DNA of 64,000 bases from Octopus vulgaris (Eukaryota): NCBI GenBank assembly GCA_951406725.2, contig OX597835.1:620001-684000 (forward strand), given 5' to 3'. The notes beneath the pieces are model-generated. The model made no database searches. It was not told the origin of the DNA and worked only from the letters and a program-made list of their open reading frames with translations. A program made the position numbers and the translations under genes. Positions 26,284 to 38,923 of the stretch are shown here, in pieces; position 1 is the first letter of the stretch; every line of letters starts with the position of its first letter.

Positions 26284-26410
26284 TTGGTTGGAATTGCTGG
26301 TGTAGCACAGGTTGTCCTCAGTGAGAAGGCTGATGGAGATTTCTTCAGTATTAATGCATGCTGGGGTATGGCAGTGACACTTGGAGTCTATGCATCTGCA
26401 GAGGTGTCAG
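26284..26410 (+). CDS. Aquaglyceroporin (AQP3/7/9/10-like) exon 2
   Basis: ttttcag acceptor, gtaagt donor. Encodes LVGIAGVAQVVLSEKADGDFFSINACWGMAVTLGVYASAEVSG. 127 nt. Confidence 0.93.
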
Positions 26411-26779
26411 GTAAGTGTAAGGAATGTTTTCATTTCCTTCTGGTCTTTTTTTCTTTTTTTTCCACAGATTTCACAGATTTCCTTGACTCTCTGTTGCCAA
26501 CCAATTCTGCTATTATGAATTTGAATTGGGAGCCTGAGTCTTTCATTAGCTGGTTATACAACAATGGACAGCACCCCTATGGATGCATTGCTGTTACTCT
26601 CTTGAGAGAGCTTGGTGATCCTAACCATGGATTTTCTATGATTCCTCTGCTCAGCATCAATGTAAGAAGCACATTTGGCTCAGCTGAGCTCTTACGCTGC
26701 CTCTTCACAATCCCCCACCCCCTGCTGCAGTCCCATGACTTTGCTGGATCCCTGGCAGGGTAGCTGAATGGGTGCCATA

Positions 26780-27230
26780 CCTTGCCAAAGGGCAACTCAT
26801 AACTATGCAAGGAATGGTGGTCACTTTGTGAGGTATTTTCAAAATACTTGCAAACCCTTCTGTGAACACTTTGATAAAATAGACATTTTTCTGGACATTC
26901 TAATGAATGAAAATGAGACATTTACAGCCAATCTCTACTGCAAGGACACAGACACACACTAATATTCAGATTTTAGATCTTGCCGCCCTTCCCATACAAA
27001 AGGGAACACACCGTTCAAATGGTAAGGTGTATATGGTCAATAGTTACAGACACAAAAGATACCTGGTAGAACTAAATGTGTTCCTTCAAAAACAGAAATA
27101 CCCCAAAAAGCTAATGAATCATGCCATAACCAAAGCAAAAGAAGTCTTATGGAGAAACACTGACACTGAGGGGAAAATAAACATACAAATGTAAATATTC
27201 CATTTGTAGTCACTCTTGCACTTCCCTCAG
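26780..27230 (+). mobile_element. Decayed Penelope-like RT fragment
   Basis: Fragments FLDILM...NLYCKDTDTH, ELNVFLQKQKYPKKLMNHAITKA and IPFVVT, in several frames. Confidence 0.7.
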
Positions 27231-27539
27231 TTGTATTTCCTTTGCAGCCGTGCACCTGTTTCTGTCTTCATTCCAAAGCTATGACACAAGGAGATATTGA
27301 TAAATTGGGTTTGGCTGATCCTGTATGGGAAAATGGAGACCACCTCCCCCTGTAGGATGAAGTTAAGATTATAAACAGATGATACCACTGGAAAATACGA
27401 AAGTAGCACATATGCTAGGATACAACAACCTCCTAAGCAGACCAAGTGCAGATACGAGTAGCAGATAGGAACCGGTATTAAGGAAGGATAGCAAAATATT
27501 ATATTTATACGCTCTAAAATTCACTCCGTAATTGCCCAC

Positions 27540-27775
27540 GGGCATATGGCATAGTGGTTAAGAGCGTGAGCTACTACCCCCAAGATTCCAAGTTCGATTC
27601 CAAGCAGTCACCTGAATAATAATAATAATAATATCAAAAAATACCTTAGGAATGAGAACCCAGGTTCGAAATTTCCCCAAGACACCTGATGAAGGCTGGA
27701 GGGTATATCAGCTGAAACATTGTGTTAACAACAAACAATATGAGGACAAATATCCATCAAATGTAAATAATGTAT
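27540..27775 (+). mobile_element. tRNA-headed short element with a hammerhead motif in its 3' half
   Basis: Head tggcatagtggtt...gttcgattcc (A/B boxes), then GACAC-CTGATGA-a-GGCTG...CAGCT-GAAAC-ATT-GTGTT at 27681-27726. Confidence 0.6.
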
Positions 27776-27983
27776 GTAAAGCCTAATTTAAAGATTATCC
27801 CTGTTTTGTTCCTAGAATACAAATTTGACCTGTTCAGTTTTATCTTTATTACATAATAATAATAAATACCTACTTTATTTTTTCCTAGTAACCACAAGAA
27901 GACATGGGAATTTAATCAATATCGTTTTAATTCAATAGTTGATCTACTTGAATAATTCGATACTTGGTTTTTTTTATGGCCTT

Positions 27984-28208
27984 TTAACTCTTTTGATACT
28001 CACCTGCCTGAGACTTGGTTTTATGAGATAAATGTCTTGTTTTTAAGTGAGCTAAATTCAAACCTTCCATCAAACTTTCAGGTTACTTTATGCTTCAAAT
28101 ACTATCTTAATAATGTGAAAACTATTTTGTTAAATACTTCATTATTTTCAAACTCAACTGAAATAAAGCCAGTTTACGTCAGCAGAAATGTAGTAACAAA
28201 AGGGTTAA
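27984..28208. mobile_element. TTAA-flanked MITE (piggyBac-like termini)
   Basis: ttaa-ctcttttgatac...gtaacaaaaggg-ttaa. Related ends at 28283, 37838 and 41763. Confidence 0.6.
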
Positions 28209-28389
28209 GTGACACAAGTTGTTAGGGAAAGGAGAGTAATTATGTATGTTATTGTGAAAAAAAGGAGAGTGGTGCGAGTTATTTTAACCCTTTTGTTACC
28301 ATATTTTTGTTGAAATAAACTGCTTTTGTGTTAATTTTAAAATAGCAAAGAAACTAGTAAAATAACTGTCATTATTAAGCTGTTTGTGA

Positions 28390-28722
28390 AGGTGCATGGC
28401 TTAGTGGTTAGAGCGTCGAGCTTATGATCATGATGTTGTGAGTTCGAATCCCGGACTGGGCTGCGTGTTGTGTTCTTGAGCAAGACACTTTATTTCACGT
28501 TGCTCCAATTCACTCAGCTGTAGAAATGAGTTGCGACGTCACAGGTGCCAAGCTGTATCAGCCTTTGCCTTTCCCTTGGATGACACTGGTGGCGTGGAGA
28601 GGGGAGATCGGTATGAATGGGCGACTGCTGGTCTTCCATAAACAAACTTGCCCGGACTTGTACCTGGGAGGATAACTTTCTAGGTGCAATCCTACGGTCA
28701 GTCATGACCAAAGGGGGTCTCA
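28390..28722 (+). mobile_element. tRNA-derived SINE (family C)
   Basis: Head tggcttagtggttagagc...gagttcgaatccc and core ttgagcaagacacttt. A second copy lies at about 30628-30925. Confidence 0.75.
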
Positions 28723-28772
28723 GCATTAAGCTGTTTGGAACATTTTGGTGGTAGCTTTTAATTTTGATCAAC

Positions 28773-28998
28773 TTAACCCTTTAACAGTTAAACCAGCCAT
28801 GTCCAGCCAAAATATTCTACCTGTTTTATGTTCAAACTGGTGAGATCTGGTCTCTCATGGCAACCCCTCAATATCATTCTAAAACTTAACAGTTTCCTCA
28901 AAATTGCAAAACTACACGAAAATGCATGATTAATTTAAAATCAATGTGAATAAATAAGCATTACTTTTGACAAAATAATGTGAATACCAAAGAGTTAA
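28773..28998. mobile_element. TTAA-flanked MITE (second family)
   Basis: ttaa-cccttt...aaagag-ttaa. Related copies at about 2100-2280, 8620-8870, 49822-49990 and 56130-56313. Confidence 0.65.
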
Positions 28999-29503
28999 AC
29001 AAGGAAATTTGTATCCTAGTAGCAAAGGCAGTCTCAAGTGATGAACTTTCTGTGTGCTTCTGTTGTGTATTTATTGATTGTGGTGAATGCCAGATATAGT
29101 AAAGTTTCAGATAAAATTCTGTAAATGTCAACTCTGTTTTATACTTACATCAAAGACTGGGGTTGACTAAATAGTCCTTCAACTTTATTGTGTTCTATCA
29201 TCCATGTCAGAAATCAACCATCTTGCAACCCCCAAGCTGTATCCGTCAGTGTGATGATAGGCGGGGGGGAAGAATGTGGCCAAAGATAATGAATGCAATG
29301 GAGAGGTAGGGTTTTACTGTATAAGGGGGTGAGAAGACAAAGTAGAGTGATGGGAAGATAAGACACTATGTTTGAATATGAATAGGTCGATCAGATCTGT
29401 AGAGAGTACGAAACTAGATTTGAACTAGGGATCTGTTTTTTAAACTAGGGGTAACAATACCTTTATCGTTTAGATCACTAAATGTACATGGTAAAGAAAC
29501 ATG

Positions 29504-29739
29504 TTGAAGGCGGGGAGCTGGCAGAAACGTTAGCACGCTGGGCGAAATGCTTAACGGTATTTCATCTGCCATTACGTTCTGAGTTCAAATTCCGCCAAGG
29601 TCGACTTTGCCTTTCATCCTTTCAGGGTCGATAAATTAAGTACCAGTTACGCACTGGGGGCAATGTAATCGACTTAATCCCTTTGTCTATCCTTGTTTGT
29701 CTGCTCTGTGTTTAGCCCCTTGTGGGTAGTAAAGAAATA
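29504..29739 (+). mobile_element. tRNA-derived SINE (family D) with 14 bp target-site duplication
   Basis: ggtaaagaaacatg at 29490-29503 and again at 29740-29753. B-box-like gttcaaattc. Confidence 0.85.
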
Positions 29740-29945
29740 GGTAAAGAAACATGATTACCTTTGATTGAGAAATAAAGGTTTCTGTTTCAAATCCGGCCAA
29801 GGACTATGTACATGACCACAGACAAGATATAAATAACAGAAAAGAAAAAATATATCATCTTGAAAGGTAAAGATAATAGTATGAAAAACTAATAATATTT
29901 TTTTTTCTTTATTCTATCTTGATCTGACATTTTCTTTGTTCACAG

Positions 29946-30083
29946 GAGCTCATCTGAATCCTGCAGTCACTGTAGCACTTGCTATCTTCAGAAAGTTCTC
30001 TTGGAATCATGTTCCAGTGTATTTTGTAGCTCAGTACCTTGCGAGTTTTGCTGGGGCTGCTGTTGTGTACTTTGTTTACAAAG
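29946..30083 (+). CDS. Aquaglyceroporin exon 3 (first NPA)
   Basis: cacag acceptor, gtatgt donor. Encodes GAHLNPAVTVALAIFRKFSWNHVPVYFVAQYLASFAGAAVVYFVYK. 138 nt. Confidence 0.95.
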
Positions 30084-31951
30084 GTATGTCAAAGAATCCT
30101 TTTCTTCTTGCTTATCACTTCAGAATTCATTTCCAAAGAAGTGAATTCCATTTGAACATTGTTGATACACTACTGGATGAAGACCTCAGCATCATACCAT
30201 TGCTAATTTATTTCTGCAGGTTATAGGTCCATTGGATGGGGTGCTCTTGTAGTAGGGTGATCAACCTGGGTCATTGGCACCTAGATGGAATTTGAACTCA
30301 AAATAAAGAGGGCTGAAACAGATAACACTAATTATTTTGTCCAAGACTTTAACAATCCTGCCAGTTCCTTCCCCTCAACTCAGCCTTGTAGAGTGGACCA
30401 TGAAATGAAGTGTTTGTCTCAAAAAATATATACTATTCAGTCCAGGAATTGAAGACATGACCTTACGATTGTGAACTTAACATCTTAACCACTAAAGAAG
30501 TTTATTTCTTTGATTCTCAACCATGTGGCTTTGAGTTTTGTCCAACCAGCTGCCTCAGGGTCAGCAAAAGTCTTTTAAGAGGATTTGGTAGATAGAAATT
30601 GGAAGAAGCTTATCCCATGTGTGTTCAGGCTCACAATCATGAGGTATTGAGTTCAATTCCCAGACCAAGCTGTGTGCTGTGTTCTTGAGCAAGACACTTT
30701 ATTTCATGTGACTGTAGAAATGACTCATGATGTCACTGGTGCCAAGCTGTATCGGCCCCTTTGCCTCTCCCTTGGATAATATCAATGGTGCGGAAAGGGG
30801 AGGCTGGTGTGCACGGGTGACTGCTGGTCTTCCATAAACAACCTGGCCCAGACTTGTGCTTTAAAGATCTTGCCTGGTGTTTTGGAGGGGAACTTCCCTG
30901 TAGTCATTCATGACTGAAGGGGTTCTTTATGGCAGGAGACTCACCTGTCACAACCTGATCAGATGATTTGTTTATAGAGATCAAATGTTTGTGCTGTGCA
31001 TCATCATCTTACTCCTTCCATCAAATTGGCATTGCCTAGACGAGTGCATCGTGTTCCACACATCAAATGTGAAAGCGATTGCAGAACAACACGAAATGAA
31101 GTGATTTACTCTAGGGCCTAGGAATTGAAACTACAGTCTTATGATCATGAGTGCAACAACCTAACCACTGGGTCACAAATATATCATCATTTTAACGTTC
31201 ACTTTTCCATGCTTACATAGCTCAGACAAAATTCATGAGGCAAATTTTGTATGGCCAGATGCCCTTTACCTATTTCCAAGCATGGTAATATTTCTTCATA
31301 GTCAGACATGTTTTCACAGAATACTGGAAATGACTGACATTTATTTACAACTGAGATGAGGAAACTTTTTAATGTGGTGGGCAAAAATTTCCCCCCACCC
31401 CTGATTTACCACAATGATATAATATCAAGACAAGGAGACACAAATACATATACACTCATACACACAGTTATGATGGGCTTCTTTCAGTTTCTGTCTTGGA
31501 AATCAAATCACAAGGCTTTGTTTTCGGTACAACATTGACCTGTCTGTTTTTACAGTCAATTTGGCAAGTGATTTAAAGCTGCTTTCCTAAAAAGTTAGCA
31601 GCTCACTATTAATACCATTCTTTAAACTAATAACTCTCAATCTGGTAACAAATTACCTAATGGTAAATTGTTTTGGCCTTTTTGAAACCACCCTCCTGTG
31701 ACAGCTCCTGGTTTATGACAGAAACTACGTGTTTTAAAGTAATCCCGGTTAAAATTTCCATCAAAATTCCATGATGATTTATGGTAACACCAGATTAATA
31801 ATGACAAAGTTATTTTACTAAATTCTTTGTTATTTTCAAAATTAATTGAAACCAAAGTAATGTACTTCAGGAGAAATGGTAACGAAAAGGATTTATGTTT
31901 GAAAATGTTGTGCATGCAGTCACTCCAAATGTGCACTTCTGCTTCTTCTAG

Positions 31952-32070
31952 ATGGCCTTGACAATTTTGATGGTGGAATAAGGCAGGTGACCGGGCAGAA
32001 TGCTTCAGCTGGTATCTTTGCTACATATCCTAAAAGCTTTGTCTCTACAGGCAGGTGCTTTGCAGATCAG
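31952..32070 (+). CDS. Aquaglyceroporin exon 4
   Basis: ttctag acceptor, gtaggg donor. Encodes DGLDNFDGGIRQVTGQNASAGIFATYPKSFVSTGRCFADQ, including the AGIFATYP glyceroporin signature. 119 nt. Confidence 0.95.
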
Positions 32071-32349
32071 GTAGGGACCCAAACATTGAATGATTTATTT
32101 ATGAATTTGTATTAACATGTAGTAGTAGTAGTACAGTTTCTTGGTTTCCATGGCATATAAAGTCACCACCTGGACACGGCGTGGGTCTGTCGCAGAATTA
32201 CTACTCATTTTTGCCAGTTGAGTGGACTGGAACAGCATGAAACGAAGCGTTTTGCTCCAGAACACAATGCATTGCCTGGTCTAGGAATTGAAACCACAAT
32301 CTTACAATCATGTGTCCAACACCTTAACCACTAAGCCATGCACCTCCAC

Positions 32350-32418
<69 letters not shown>

Positions 32419-33360
32419 ATTCTGAATTATTCAGATCAACTTCCACTCAAGTAGCTCTATATCTCAGAAAATAGCTGAATGGCTTGGCATGAGCCACAGT
32501 CCTGTCATGTGTTGGGATTTGGTCTGATCCTCACCACTTTATATCATTTATATATAATATAGTGTTTTGATGTGTTTGTTTCTTAACTGGTTTGAGGGGT
32601 GACCCACCTCCAGGATAAAGTGTCATAAACTGCAGGCAATTTTAGAAGCAACAAACAGACAGACTATTAGTTCTGCAAAAGTAAAGAAATAATTTTAAAA
32701 TTCTAGTAAATCATATCTGCTATGAAAACTTAACTGCAAATTTTTATCGACCATATTCCAGTATCATTTTGAGCTAGAAGGACTTGTAGAAATTCCACCG
32801 TGTAAGTCATTATATTAGAAAACATTATTTTATATAAAACACAAGAAAAGAATTTCCCAAAATCCTTTTGAAATCCTATCATTTAATCAAAACTGTACTT
32901 TCAAGTATAATCAAAATGAACTTAGAAGGTATTGCTTAATTTCATTCTTTTAATGTTTGACAGACATGGTGTGCTTTATAGTTTAAGGAAATAAAAGATT
33001 AATTAAAAGGATAAAATAAGAGGGCAGCAGTGTCGAATTCCTTCCTTCACTAAAAGCTAATCAAATAAGATTGGCCATTGAAAAGGTGATTACAGTGACG
33101 GAGCCCCAGCATGGCCACAGCCTTTGGGCTGAAACATATAATAGAATATATATATATGTATATATATATATAATCATCATCATCATTCTTTAACGTCCAT
33201 TTTCCATGCTGGTATGGGTTGGATGGTTTGAGCAGAGCAAGACTTGATGATTTTGTAATAAATTCAGAAAGCAATTTGTAATGTATTTTCAAGATGCAAA
33301 TGCATGTTTCATTTTATTCTTATTTCTGTGAAAGTTTCGTTTTTCTCTCTCTTTCTTTAG

Positions 33361-33578
33361 ATCGTTGGCACTGGGATGCTGACTTTATGCATCGCTGCAA
33401 TAACAGATGGCAAAAATATGAAACCTCAAAAAGGCCTCCTACCATTTTCTATAGGAAGTATTGTGTTTATGATTGGTGTAACTTTTGGTTTCAATTGTGG
33501 CTATGCAATCAACCCTGCAAGGGACTTGTCACCTCGCCTATTTACCCTGATGGCTGGCTGGGGCACTGAAGTTTTTAG
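33361..33578 (+). CDS. Aquaglyceroporin exon 5 (second NPA, NPARD)
   Basis: ctttag acceptor, gtgtgt donor. Encodes IVGTGML...GFNCGYAINPARDLSPRLFTLMAGWGTEVF. 218 nt. Confidence 0.95.
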
Positions 33579-35121
33579 GTGTGTGTTCCATAAGTCTTGA
33601 AATTATGTTGAGATAATATTGTAGGAGTTACCACTCTGTTTATCATAAGAGATTTGTACAAATACAATGGAAAGCACAAAGTTGATGGACTCTCTGCTGG
33701 TGACTGTGTCCAAGAGATATGTGAATGTGTATCAGCTTGAATCATCATCACCATCATCATCATCGTTTAACATCTGCTTTCCATGCTGGCATGAGTTGGA
33801 CGATTTGACTGAGGTGTGGCAAACCAGACGGCTGCACCAGACTCCAATCTGATCTGGCAGAGTTTCTACAGCTGGATGCCCTTCCTAATGCCAACCACTC
33901 CAAGAGTGTAGTGGGTGCTTTTACATGCCACCAACACGAGAGCCAGTCAAGTGGTACTGGCAATGGTCATGCTCAAATGGTGCTTTTTATGTGCCATCTG
34001 CACAGCAGCCAGTCCAGCGGCACTGGCAACAACCTCACTCAAATGTTTTTTTCACGTGCCACCAGCACAAGTGCTAGTAAGGTGACACAGGTAACAATCA
34101 CACTCGAATGGTGTTTTTTAATGTGCCATTGGCAACGATCTCACTCGTATGGTACTCTTAGCGCTCCACTAGCAACGGATGCCAGTCATCGAATTTGATT
34201 TCGATTTGAATGTGATTGATTTTATGGTTGACAAAATGTCTTTATCTCTGAAGAAAAGAAAGAGAGAGAGAGAAAGTTATTGTATACATTTGTCAGAAAA
34301 GGTGACTTATGGTAGTGTCTGAGGAGAGTATCAGAGTATCGTTCATAGAATGTAAGCTCCTGAAGTTTTGTGATTGTCTGGTTGCAAGCAAACTGGCAAA
34401 ATGAGTCTGACCAATTGATGCGATAGAAAATTTATTTTCTTTTACATGACTTGAATCAGACAAAACAAGCAGAAAAGTGTTAGAGACAGAGAAAGCAGTT
34501 ATGGCTGTACAGTTAAGAAATTTGCTTCACAACTATGCGGTTTGATCCCATTGCACAGTACCAAAGTGTCTTCTATTATAACTTCAGACTAACCAAAACC
34601 TTGTGAGTGTAATTTGGTAGGTGGAAACAATGTGGAAGATCATTGGATGAACCTTTTCTGTTCTTGGTGGGTAGACTTAATTTTTCACATAAACTAACAC
34701 CATCACTGGCTTTTGGATGTCTTTAGCAGTGTCCAGTTTGTTATAAACATTCAGGGTAGGTCCCTGGTTTGAGAATAACTTCCACCAATCACAGAAGCCC
34801 TGAAAAGGATCATGAGTACTGCTTTGCTTCTCTAAGTTATTGAAAAAAGAGATTTGGGTTGATGTATTTTGTAAAATTTAAGTACATCAACCTGAATTTT
34901 AACAATCCCATTGTATAAGAGATGCTGGATTTTGGGTGTGTATAGGTTTTTCCAATTGGACTCAGGCTGGTATAGTGAAAAAAATTAATATTAAATTGAT
35001 GAGGAGGAGGAGGAGGAGAAAGTAGATTGAATGAAATGATGATGATTTTGGTAAGTGTTTTCAATTTAGAAACATTATTATTTTTTACTTTTAATCTGCA
35101 TGTTTGTTACAATCACTTGCC

Positions 35122-36656
35122 AAGATACACCCAGCATCCTAGGGCGAGTGAAGGATAAGAGATGTTACAGTATGACAGAAAGCTTGGGGAGGGGAAGTGG
35201 CAGGGGCAGTAGTGAAATATCTTCATGAAATACAACACAGACATTTAAACGGATAGGATTTTTCTAAAGATGTGGGCAGTACTTGTCAGCACAATCTTTT
35301 GCATTTCTCTGAGACATGGTTCTCCTGGGATATTATCTAGATGTTTCTGACATCCCATTTTTATCATACCTTGGGCACCCACAATAACAGGAACAGTTCT
35401 CGCTTTAAGATGCCACATCTTTTGTATTTCAATTTCCAGGTCCTTATATTTACTTAATTTGTCAAATTCCTTTACAGATATATTTTTAACTGTGAGAACA
35501 CTTACATCTATTAATCTGCAAGTATTTTCTTCCCTGTCTTTAATAATTATGTCTGGTCGATTAGCCTGGATTGTTCTGTCAGTGTTGACTGGAAAATCTC
35601 GATTGGCTCAGGGTGATGTTCATACCAGTAAGTAGGATTGCTAATTTTGTCGTGCTTACATGTTTTCCAATGTAAATACTCTCCTACCCTATTGTGGTGA
35701 TTTTTGTATTTGTTTGGTGTTAGCACAGGACATCCTGAGACGAGATGGTTCGTCAAATGTGTTGCAGAATCTGCATTTAGGGTCAGAACCGTTTTGAAAA
35801 ACATTAGCCTAGTAGTCTTTTGTAAGCAAGCTTTGATCTTGTGCTACCAATATGAAAGCTTCCTTCTCTGCTTTCAGTCCTAAACTTCTCAGCCACTGAC
35901 GGGTTGTTGCTTGGTCTACATAAACATTTTGACTTCAAAGTAGATACTGTCCATGCAGAGCTTTCTGGTCCCACCCCTCCTCAATTTGTTTCTGCCCCTT
36001 CCTTTTTGCAATCTGCTTGAACTGTTTTGCTTGTTTCGTGGCAGGGGTTTCAGGTTCTTCATCTAATTCAGGATTCATGCCAAGTGCCATTGTGAATTTC
36101 CAAGCTTCCTTCACAATAGAATGTGATTTTTTACTGCTTTCATATTTGCACACAAGCTGCAGCATCCAGTTCTCTGGACTAGATAAGTACCTCACAGTTC
36201 TATCTGCATCATTCCTCTTCCTTCATTGCATCTAGCTAAGTACAGACATTCATCGTCTGCTTTTGGGTGGTGCATGTTCTTAGATGTTAGTAGTTTTCTT
36301 GTCTTCCTGTCCAGGCGTTGGAGTTCTGTAAGATTCCAGTTAATGATGTTGAAACTATATTGGACTACTGAAAGTGCCAAGGTGTTAATGGCTTCAATAC
36401 AATTTTTCGAGTTGACTTCAGTTTTTAGTGTGAGTCTTAGCCTCCTGTAATACTCCTTTCTTATTTTTCCCTTTATAGTAGCATGCTGTATACCATTTCC
36501 TTCATTTATCCCCAGGTATTTATAACTTTCTTGTGGGTCAAGCTCCTTGATGGCAGCATCGGTATCTAATTTAATGGAAGCTATTTGCCTGAGCTTTCCT
36601 CTTACAAAATCCATTCTGATGTCATTGCTGAACACTTCAACAGTTGTTAGCAGCCC

Positions 36657-36657
<1 letters not shown>
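35122..36657 (-). mobile_element. 5'-truncated R4/Dong-like LINE (RT plus restriction-like endonuclease)
   Basis: Motifs YKYLGI..IRKEYYRRLRL, LHGQY, HLVSGCPVL..HNRV..YLHW and KEFDKLSKYKDLEIEI, with frameshifts. Confidence 0.85.
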
Positions 36658-36693
<36 letters not shown>

Positions 36694-36751
36694 GATATTA
36701 TTGTTGTTGTTGCTGGTAGTGTTATTATTGTTTTTCTTTTATTTTTCTCAG

Positions 36752-36930
36752 TTTCAGAGACTACAACTGGTTTTGGGTTCCAATTATAGGGCCCCACATT
36801 GGTGCAATTTTAGGAATATTGCTCTATGACGTCACTGTTGGTCTTCACTGGGAAAGTTCTGAACCAGAGATTGATCACGAAGCTAAAAATCTTAAGGATG
36901 GTGCATTTGCTTCTATGACTTTAGAAAAAG
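36752..36930 (+). CDS. Aquaglyceroporin exon 6
   Basis: ttctcag acceptor, gtatgt donor. Encodes (S)FRDYNWFWVPIIGPHIGAILGILLYDVTVGLHW...MTLEK. Confidence 0.9.
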
Positions 36931-38023
36931 GTATGTACATGATCCAGTTTTCAACTGCAAAGTTCAATCAAAACTATTCTATTAAATCTATTCATTTGTT
37001 TACAATGAGATTATCTTATCTTCAACAGCTGCTCTGAAATATTTACTATATGACTTCTTTCTCAGCCACATGGTTTTGGGTTCAAGTCCACTCTGTGGTA
37101 TCTTGGGCAAATGTCTTGCATTTTAAAGTGATCTAAATTAAAACCTTTCACCAAAATTTCATGGTATTTATGAATCAAACACCAACTTGATAATGACGAA
37201 CTTATTTTACAAGATTTATCAACAATTGAAATGAAACTGCACATATCAGCAGAAATGTGGCAATAGAATTTCACTATATACGCAGAGGAGTGGCTGTGTG
37301 GTAAGAACCTTGCTTACGAACCACATGGTTCTGGGTTCAGTCCCACTGCGTGGCACCTTGGGCAAGTGTCTTCTGCTATAGCCCCGGGCCGACCAATGCC
37401 TTGTGAGTGGATTTGGTAGACGGAAACTGAAAGAAGCCTGTCATATGTATATATGTATGTATGTGTTTGTCCCCCCACCCGCCCACCATCGCTTGACGAC
37501 TGATGTTGGTGTGCTTACGTCTCCGTAACTTAGCAGTTCAGCAAACTACCAAAATATCACTTAAATGTTGACAGGTTTCTTAGAAGTGGTCTTCATTGAA
37601 TTAATTTTTTCTTTTTTTTTTTTTTTGATCTTTTCATTCTTGGGAATATTAGAATCTCAGTTAGAAGGATGTAACACTTAAAATTCTTGCCAAACTTGAT
37701 CTGACTTTTTGAATTAAAAATGATGCTTGCAATTGAATTGAGGGATTGCTCAAGATTTTGCTGATTTGGTTCTTTCAGAATTGCCTGACGAATTTGACTT
37801 CCAGACAGACTGTGGCTCAAATTGGATATTCTTTTTTCTTAACCTTTTTGTTACCTGATGATTTCAGTAATTAATGTATGACAAAAAATGCTACATTTCA
37901 TTTTATTTCACTGAAAATCTAATATTAAATGGTTTGTGGACAGAGACAAACAAATCTCTAACTTTTCCTTAATTTTTTAGTTATTAACAATAATGAGAAA
38001 ACATTTCTGAAATTTATTTTCAG

Positions 38024-38082
38024 TTGCTGCCACAACATCAAGCCAGCGTCTTATGGAATCAAATCTTACCGACACAAATTGA
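38024..38082 (+). CDS. Aquaglyceroporin probable last coding exon
   Basis: ttttcag acceptor, phase 1, encoding (V)AATTSSQRLMESNLTDTN*. Total spliced CDS is 918 nt (305 aa). An alternative acceptor exists at 37980. Confidence 0.6.
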
Positions 38083-38496
38083 AGAATATTGTCTGTAAAT
38101 GGTTAGCATCAAGAGAATTCCTATAAATAATTCTGAAAGTTTGGAAACATCGCATGGAAAATGAAGATATATATATATTTTTTTTTCAGTTTATTTACAT
38201 ATAAGTCTTTCCTCTTACGTAATGTTTATTTTCTTAACGATTCCTTTATCCTCTGAAGCATGTTTCAGAGCATATTTGGCATAGTTTTTTATTGTATTAC
38301 CTGTTTTGGTCATGTGAATGCGGGCCATGCTGGAGCACCACCTTTAGTCAAAGAAATCTACCCCATGATTTATTCTTTGTAAGCCGAGTACTTATTCTAT
38401 CGGTTTGTTTTGCCAAACTGTAAAGTTAAGGGGATATAAATACAGGAACATCAGTTCTCAAGCAATGGTGTGGGTAGGAACACAGACACACACACA

Positions 38497-38572
<76 letters not shown>

Positions 38573-38619
38573 TCATCATCATCATCATCATCGTTTAGCG
38601 TCCGTGATGATGATGATGA

Positions 38620-38664
<45 letters not shown>

Positions 38665-38854
38665 TATATGTGGCACATAAAATCACCCACTACACTCTCG
38701 GAGTGGTTGGCATTAGGAAGGGCATCCAGCTGTAGAAACACTGCCACATCTGACTGGCCTGGTGCAGCCTTCGGGCTTCCCAGACCCCAGTTGAACCGTC
38801 CAACCCATGCTAGCATGGAAAGCGGACGTTAAACGATGATGATGATGATGATGA

Positions 38855-38923
<69 letters not shown>

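Noticed and set aside
26185-26763. 192 aa single-exon ORF
   Set aside because: Only 26284-26410 is aquaporin-like and bounded by splice sites. The rest is intron or SINE read-through.
28390-28460. tRNA gene
   Set aside because: A/B boxes are present but there is no intact cloverleaf, and it continues into a repeated SINE body.
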